NCBI GenBank assembly: GCA_049517335.1
Contig: JBEKSD010000001.1
Coordinates: 1 to 64,000 of the forward strand
From: Candidatus Omnitrophota bacterium
GTDB lineage: Bacteria > Omnitrophota > Gorgyraeia > Gygaellales > Profunditerraquicolaceae
Direction: 5' to 3'
Length of the DNA stretch: 64,000 nt
Part shown: positions 58,960-64,000 of the stretch, piece after piece
Numbering within the stretch: the first letter of the stretch is position 1
Layout: every line of letters begins with the position of its first letter
The notes under the pieces: model-generated
Seen by the model: only the letters and a program-made list of their open reading frames with translations
What the model was told of the DNA's origin: nothing
The model's database searches: none
Position numbers and translations under genes: made by a program

Positions 58960-60843
58960 TTAAGAAGCTTCCCTCAGTTGTTTTTCCGCATCAATGATGC
59001 CGCGGTTTAAGACGCGGATGGTTTCGTGGATGCGCTCTTTTAATACGGAAGAAGAAAATTTCCCCGAGCTTATCTCGCGTAAAACCTGTACACTCATCCT
59101 GAAATAGCGCACTATTTCGCCTTCATCAGTATCGGTAAAACGCATAATTTTATCAAAGCTCGCGCCCCTGAGCCAGGCTTCTATGCAGGAGCTTAAGTGA
59201 AAATAGGGGGTTTTGCTTTGCGGATAGATTTTGAATCTTTGCTCCTTATGTTCAATCCTCGCGTAGATCTCTTCGCAGGCGGTTTTAATCCTTCGCGTAT
59301 TTTTGGATAACCCCAAAGGCAGGCGCTGATTTTTCCTAGGCTCAAATACCACTGCCGAGGCAATCACCCCTAAGCCGAATTCATCTATCTCTTCTAAGAT
59401 CTGCTGCTCATAAAGTTCAGCCAGGATCAATTCATAGCCGTAAACAGCTTTGGCGAATATGCCTTTATCGGTTAATTTACCTTCATAAATATAACCCGCA
59501 TCTTTTAACAGTTTCAATTTTGCCTCAATTAACCTTAAGGCTTCTTTTTGTTCTACGGGCCGGGACTGGAAAAAATGCAGGGAGAGAGGATAAATTTTAA
59601 AAAGCTCTTCTTTATGTTTTTCATAGATATTCAGTATGGTCGCGTATGAAGTATTGAACTGGCTCTTTACTTCTTCGGGCTTACCGTAAATAATACGTTT
59701 TGCTTCCTCAAAGGTTATCCGGTTCGGGTTTATGCGGCAGTAAACGAAACCTTCCTTATCCAAGCCGCGCCTTCCTGCGCGGCCGGCCATCTGGTAGAAA
59801 TCGCGCGTCTTCAAGTTACGCACGTAACGGCCGTAGAATTTTCTTAAGTCATCAAACATGACCGAGCGGCTGGGCATGTTGATGCCTAAGGCAAAAGTTT
59901 CCGTGGTAAAAATCACTTTAAGCAGACGGCTGGTAAATAAACGCTCAATCACCTCTTTTAAGGTAGGGAGCATGCCCGCGTGATGATAAGCTATCCCGTT
60001 TTGGATTAAGGGAAGCATAAATTGCGCTGTTTTATCCGTTTTTAAATCAAACCTTTGGCATAAAGAATCATAAAGTGCCGTGATCTCTTGCTTTTCGTTT
60101 TTATCTAGGAAGTTGAAACTATATAATTCCTCGGCGAGTTCTTCGGCGCGCCTTCTTCCGAAGACAAAATATATGGCCGGTAAGCCTTCGCGCTGGCGCA
60201 AATAATTTATTAAGGTATGTAGCTTATTAGGCTTGCCGTATTTTAGGCGCTTAAGCTGCTCAATCTTATCCACTATTTCATTCTGGGACTGAAAGAAGAA
60301 ATGCAGCGGCACGGGACGCTTCTCTTCAATTACGGTCTTGACCTGCTTATCATGAATACTCTCAATCCAGGAAGCGAATTGTTTTATGTTTGGTATGGTA
60401 GCGGAGAGTCCGAGTAGTTTCATCTGTTTAGGCAGGAAGATCAGCGATTCCTCCCAGACGCTGCCGCGCTCAGGATTATCTATATAATGTATTTCATCAA
60501 AAATTATCCAGCTGTATTTTTCTAATGATTCCGGCTCATCCAGTATCTTATTGCGGAATATCTCCGTGGTCATGATTAAGACGGGGGCCTGAGGGTTTAT
60601 GGAAACGTCCCCGGTCAATATACCTATTTTATCCCCGAACTGGTTCTGGAAGTCGCGGAATTTCTGGTTAGAGAGGGCTTTAATCGGAGCGGTATAGATT
60701 ACGCCGATATTACCCTCAAGGGAAGAAAGGATTACGTGTTCGGCAATCGCGGTTTTCCCTGCCCCGGTGGGAGCGGAAACGATTACCGAGTGCCCCTGAT
60801 TTATATAATCAATGGCTTCCTGTTGGAACTTATCGTATCGCAT
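58960..60843 (-). CDS. Ski2-like (HelY-type) SF2 RNA helicase
   Basis: APTGAGKT, PIKALSNQK, DEIH, LSAT, QMAGRAGRRG, DSHCT-like C-terminus. Confidence 0.92.
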   Translation of the reverse strand: MRYDKFQQEAIDYINQGHSVIVSAPTGAGKTAIAEHVILSSLEGNIGVIYTAPIKALSNQKFRDFQNQFGDKIGILTGDVSINPQAPVLIMTTEIFRNKILDEPESLEKYSWIIFDEIHYIDNPERGSVWEESLIFLPKQMKLLGLSATIPNIKQFASWIESIHDKQVKTVIEEKRPVPLHFFFQSQNEIVDKIEQLKRLKYGKPNKLHTLINYLRQREGLPAIYFVFGRRRAEELAEELYSFNFLDKNEKQEITALYDSLCQRFDLKTDKTAQFMLPLIQNGIAYHHAGMLPTLKEVIERLFTSRLLKVIFTTETFALGINMPSRSVMFDDLRKFYGRYVRNLKTRDFYQMAGRAGRRGLDKEGFVYCRINPNRITFEEAKRIIYGKPEEVKSQFNTSYATILNIYEKHKEELFKIYPLSLHFFQSRPVEQKEALRLIEAKLKLLKDAGYIYEGKLTDKGIFAKAVYGYELILAELYEQQILEEIDEFGLGVIASAVVFEPRKNQRLPLGLSKNTRRIKTACEEIYARIEHKEQRFKIYPQSKTPYFHLSSCIEAWLRGASFDKIMRFTDTDEGEIVRYFRMSVQVLREISSGKFSSSVLKERIHETIRVLNRGIIDAEKQLREAS

Positions 60844-60901
60844 ACCCTTATTATATCTAAAATAGTTGCTTTATCTAATAAAAAATAGTAAAATAAAAAA
60901 A

Positions 60902-61453
60902 ATGAGCTATGATGCGGCTAAGCATAAAGCCTGGGATGAGCTGTCCGAATTAAAGCCCGCCGGAAAAGAGGAAGTAAAATTATTAGGGGAAGGGTTTGCA
61001 GTTGATTTAAAGAATAAATCGGTGGTCTCGCTTTTAACTTCCTCCCCGGCCAAGGATTTCAGCGCAATCTTAATACTCCATTATCTGGCCCGAAGATTAA
61101 AGGGTCTGCCGCAATTAAATAATGAATGGCTTACCTTCAGGGAATTATCCGGTGTTGAGGGTTACGCTGAAGCTTTTAGGAGGCGGGCCATTGAGCCGAT
61201 AGTAAAAAAATACGGCTTGAATCCGCAAGGCATATGCGCTGATTTAAACAAGTTCCCTGCAAAAAAAATTGAAGGCGCAGATGTTGGGATTATCGTTGAG
61301 GCCTTCCCGAACGTGCCTGTTTTGATTAAAGTCTGGATGCTTGATGCAGAGTTTGAAGCGGATGCCAATATTTATTTTGACCGCAGCATTTTGAAGATTT
61401 TTTGCACCGAGGATATCGTAGTTTTAGCCGGAATTATTGCTTCGAAATTATAA
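60902..61453 (+). CDS. DUF3786-like protein
   Basis: ILILHYL, WLTFREL.G, FPNVP, DAEFEA.ANIYFD, TEDI (family recalled). Confidence 0.75.
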   Translation: MSYDAAKHKAWDELSELKPAGKEEVKLLGEGFAVDLKNKSVVSLLTSSPAKDFSAILILHYLARRLKGLPQLNNEWLTFRELSGVEGYAEAFRRRAIEPIVKKYGLNPQGICADLNKFPAKKIEGADVGIIVEAFPNVPVLIKVWMLDAEFEADANIYFDRSILKIFCTEDIVVLAGIIASKL

Positions 61454-61463
61454 GGAGAAAGAA

Positions 61464-62036
61464 ATGAAACGAGTGTTTTGGGCTGTTTTCCTGATCACCC
61501 TGCTTTCGCTTGTCGGCGGATACCTCCACGGGGCCGATTCGGAAAACTGGACGAAACCATCGGAAGAATTCAAGTTATCCCTGCCCTTTGGGAGAACTTA
61601 TAATTACGCTGATGTTTTAGTTAAGAGGGCGGTGGACGGCAATACCCTATTACTGGAAACAGGAGAACGGGTGCGTTTAATCGGTATTGATACCCCAAAG
61701 ATGCAGCAGTCAAGTAAGCTTGATCGCGATGCCGAGCGCACTCAAGAGAAGACATCGCTGATTCAGCAGCTTGGTCTACGCGCTTATAAATTTACCAAAG
61801 AGTTGGTTGAAGGCAAACGTGTAAGCCTCGAGTTCGATCTAGAAAAATATGATAAAGATGGCCAGTTGCTTGCTTACATATATTTGAATGATTCGGCTAA
61901 GACTTTCGTAAACGCCGAGATTGTAAAACAGGGGTACGCCTCTCTGCTGACTATCCCCCCGAATGTCAGGTATGCGGATTTATTCAAAAAATTATACCAG
62001 GAGGCGCGTGAAAATAGAAGGGGCCTCTGGCAGTAA
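61464..62036 (+). CDS. Exported thermonuclease (SNase) homologue with altered catalytic residues
   Basis: Signal peptide, VDGNT, RVRLIGIDTP, VNAEIVKQGYA, ARENRRGLW. Confidence 0.85.
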   Translation: MKRVFWAVFLITLLSLVGGYLHGADSENWTKPSEEFKLSLPFGRTYNYADVLVKRAVDGNTLLLETGERVRLIGIDTPKMQQSSKLDRDAERTQEKTSLIQQLGLRAYKFTKELVEGKRVSLEFDLEKYDKDGQLLAYIYLNDSAKTFVNAEIVKQGYASLLTIPPNVRYADLFKKLYQEARENRRGLWQ

Positions 62037-62060
62037 GAAGAAAGGATAGAGGAGGTTATT

Positions 62061-63098
62061 ATGTTACGATGCTTAAGCGCAGGCGAGTCGCACGGAAAAG
62101 GGATCATGGCCATACTTGAAGGTATGCCGGCAGGGTTAAAAATAGATACGGCTATCCTGAACCAGGAATTAAAGCGTAGACAGGCGGGATTTGGCCGGGG
62201 CGAGCGCATGAAGATTGAGAACGACCGGGCCCAAATCATCTCCGGACTTAAAAATAATATTACTTTGGGCAGCCCACTTTCCGTTTTAATAGAAAATAAG
62301 GATTTCAGCATAGAAAAATTGCCTAATGTCTTTTGCCCCCGGCCGGGGCACGCTGACCTGGCGGGCGCTTTAAAGTACGGCTTTGAGGATATACGGGCAG
62401 TTTTGGAACGCGCCTCAGCCCGAAGCACTGCGGCTAGCGTAGCCGTTGGCGCTCTGTGTAAAATATTCCTTAAGAGCTTCGCTATCAATATAATGAGCAG
62501 GGTCCTTTCCATCGGCGGAGAAAATACCCGTGCGGGGATGATGGAAAAAATAAAAGAAGCCGTAAATAATAAGGATAGCGTGGGAGGTATATTTGAGGTT
62601 ACCGCTAAAAATGTCCCTGTCGGGTTAGGTAGTTATGTCCAGCCGGACAGGCGTCTTGACGCCCGGCTCGCTCAAGGGATAATTTCCATTCCGGGCATTA
62701 AAGCAGTGGAAATCGGTTTAGGTTTAGGGTTTGGCTTCAGTTTCGGCTCGGAAGTCCATGATGCCATTTACTACAAAAACGGAAAATACCTGCGTAAGAC
62801 CAATAATGCCGGGGGCATAGAAGGCGGCATTTCAAACGGAGAAAATATAATTATCCGCGCCTGCATGAAACCCATTTGTACTCTGATAAGCCCGCTTGAT
62901 TCGGTTAACATCAAAAGCAAAAAAAGCGCTAAAGCTGCTGTTGAGCGGTCTGACACCTGTGTCGTTGAAGCTGCGGGTGTGGTCGCGGAATCGGTGTTTG
63001 CTTTTGTCTTAGCCGATGCGTTTTTAGAGAAATTCGGCTCAGACGCTTTAAGCGATATCAGGCAAGCTTATAAAAATTATTTAAAAAGAATCCGTTAG
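62061..63098 (+). CDS. aroC: Chorismate synthase
   Basis: GESHG, RPGHAD, ERASAR, NNAGGIEGGIS, ERSDTC. Confidence 0.97.
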   Translation: MLRCLSAGESHGKGIMAILEGMPAGLKIDTAILNQELKRRQAGFGRGERMKIENDRAQIISGLKNNITLGSPLSVLIENKDFSIEKLPNVFCPRPGHADLAGALKYGFEDIRAVLERASARSTAASVAVGALCKIFLKSFAINIMSRVLSIGGENTRAGMMEKIKEAVNNKDSVGGIFEVTAKNVPVGLGSYVQPDRRLDARLAQGIISIPGIKAVEIGLGLGFGFSFGSEVHDAIYYKNGKYLRKTNNAGGIEGGISNGENIIIRACMKPICTLISPLDSVNIKSKKSAKAAVERSDTCVVEAAGVVAESVFAFVLADAFLEKFGSDALSDIRQAYKNYLKRIR

Positions 63099-63187
63099 AT
63101 ATTGCCAGCTCTTTGCTCTATTTAAGTAAAGGAGAGGACTTAGGGAATGCTTCTTAAAATACTTGAGAAGCGTTCCTAGTAAAAGCT

Positions 63188-63694
63188 ATGAATATCTATC
63201 TCGTAGGATTCATGGGTACAGGTAAGACAAGCGTAGGCAAAGAATTAGCCAAAAAGAAAAAATGGCCGTTTGTTGACCTTGATGACCTTATTGAGCTTAG
63301 AGAGAAAAGGCTCATTTCAGAAATCTTCGCCAAAGAAGGCGAGCCTTATTTTCGCCGCACCGAAAAGCAGGCGTTATCAAAGGTTAGTAAAGAGAAAAAC
63401 TTCATCGTTGCCTGCGGCGGAGGGATAGTCTTGGATAAAGCTAATATTAAAACCATGAAAAAAACCGGGATAATGGTTTGCCTTACTGCAGATGTGAATA
63501 TAATATTAAAAAGGACATCCGCCTTTACACATAGACCCCTTCTTAAAGTAGCTCAGCCTAAAAAACAAATTGAGCTCTTGCTTAAAATGCGCGCTCCTTA
63601 CTATGCGCAGGCTGATAAAATCATAGATACCTCTAAATTATCGGTTAAAGAAATTACAGCCCGGCTCAGCAAAATTACCTCCAAAATTAAATGA
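63188..63694 (+). CDS. aroK: Shikimate kinase
   Basis: GFMGTGKT, DLD, GEPYFR, CGGG, RPLL. Confidence 0.96.
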   Translation: MNIYLVGFMGTGKTSVGKELAKKKKWPFVDLDDLIELREKRLISEIFAKEGEPYFRRTEKQALSKVSKEKNFIVACGGGIVLDKANIKTMKKTGIMVCLTADVNIILKRTSAFTHRPLLKVAQPKKQIELLLKMRAPYYAQADKIIDTSKLSVKEITARLSKITSKIK

Positions 63695-63866
63695 ACCGCC
63701 TTGAAGCGTTGATCAGCCTGGAGAGGGTCAAACAACCCTAGTCATACTGATGAGCTTATTGTTGAAACAAATCTGGATATTGTCCGTGTTTCTGATATAC
63801 TTTTAGCTTTAAGGCTAAAAGAAGCTGATCCGGGAACTTCCCGGGAAATATGATATAAGGATATAA
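63691..63866 (+). pseudogene. dprA: dprA remnant (short N-terminal stub joined to a frameshifted C-terminal winged helix)
   Basis: MNRLEALISL... then out of frame PSHTDELIVETNLDIVRVSDILLALRLK / KLIRELPGK; directly upstream of topA, the usual dprA position. Confidence 0.7.
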
Positions 63867-64000
63867 ATGAAGAATAAAGGTCTGGTTATAGTCGAATCAC
63901 CGACAAAAGCAAAGACGATCAGTAAAATACTGGGCAGGGATTTTACCGTAGTCTCCACCATGGGCCATCTCTATGATCTGCCGTCTAAGAAGCTGGGCGT
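63867..64000 (+). CDS. topA: DNA topoisomerase I (5' partial)
   Basis: [23 protein letters not shown]...[14 protein letters not shown] start; runs off the window. Confidence 0.95.
   Translation, partial: MKNKGLVIVESPTKAKTISKILGRDFTVVSTMGHLYDLPSKKLG

Overview
Chromosomal window from an AT-rich diderm bacterium; gene content and style suggest Candidatus Omnitrophota/PVC, but that is inference only. Housekeeping blocks: csp, tRNA-Thr, MFS, purN, an FtsH-like protease, eno-ftsB and tRNA-fMet; then purB-purL-purQ-purF-purM, purD-purE, a tsaC/LMW-phosphatase fusion, rpiB, glyA, dCMP deaminase, nrdR and a CCA-type enzyme; finally aroC-aroK, a dprA remnant and the start of topA. The most interesting region is a ~16.5 kb block right after tRNA-fMet that joins K+ and phosphate uptake. 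A c-di-AMP riboswitch precedes three tiny membrane peptides and kdpABC. KdpD is kinase-dead (His replaced by Ser, no ATPase domain), there is no kdpE, and it runs directly into phoB-phoR. Two duplicated Pho-box-like promoters then drive a small ORF, a stand-alone receiver, a porin and pstSCAB-phoU. Other oddities: several apparently leaderless genes, a macro-Nudix fusion, a thermonuclease homologue with substituted catalytic residues, a PurS-PurS-PurL fusion and an autotransporter with an unassigned passenger domain. No CRISPR array, rRNA or intact mobile element was seen.
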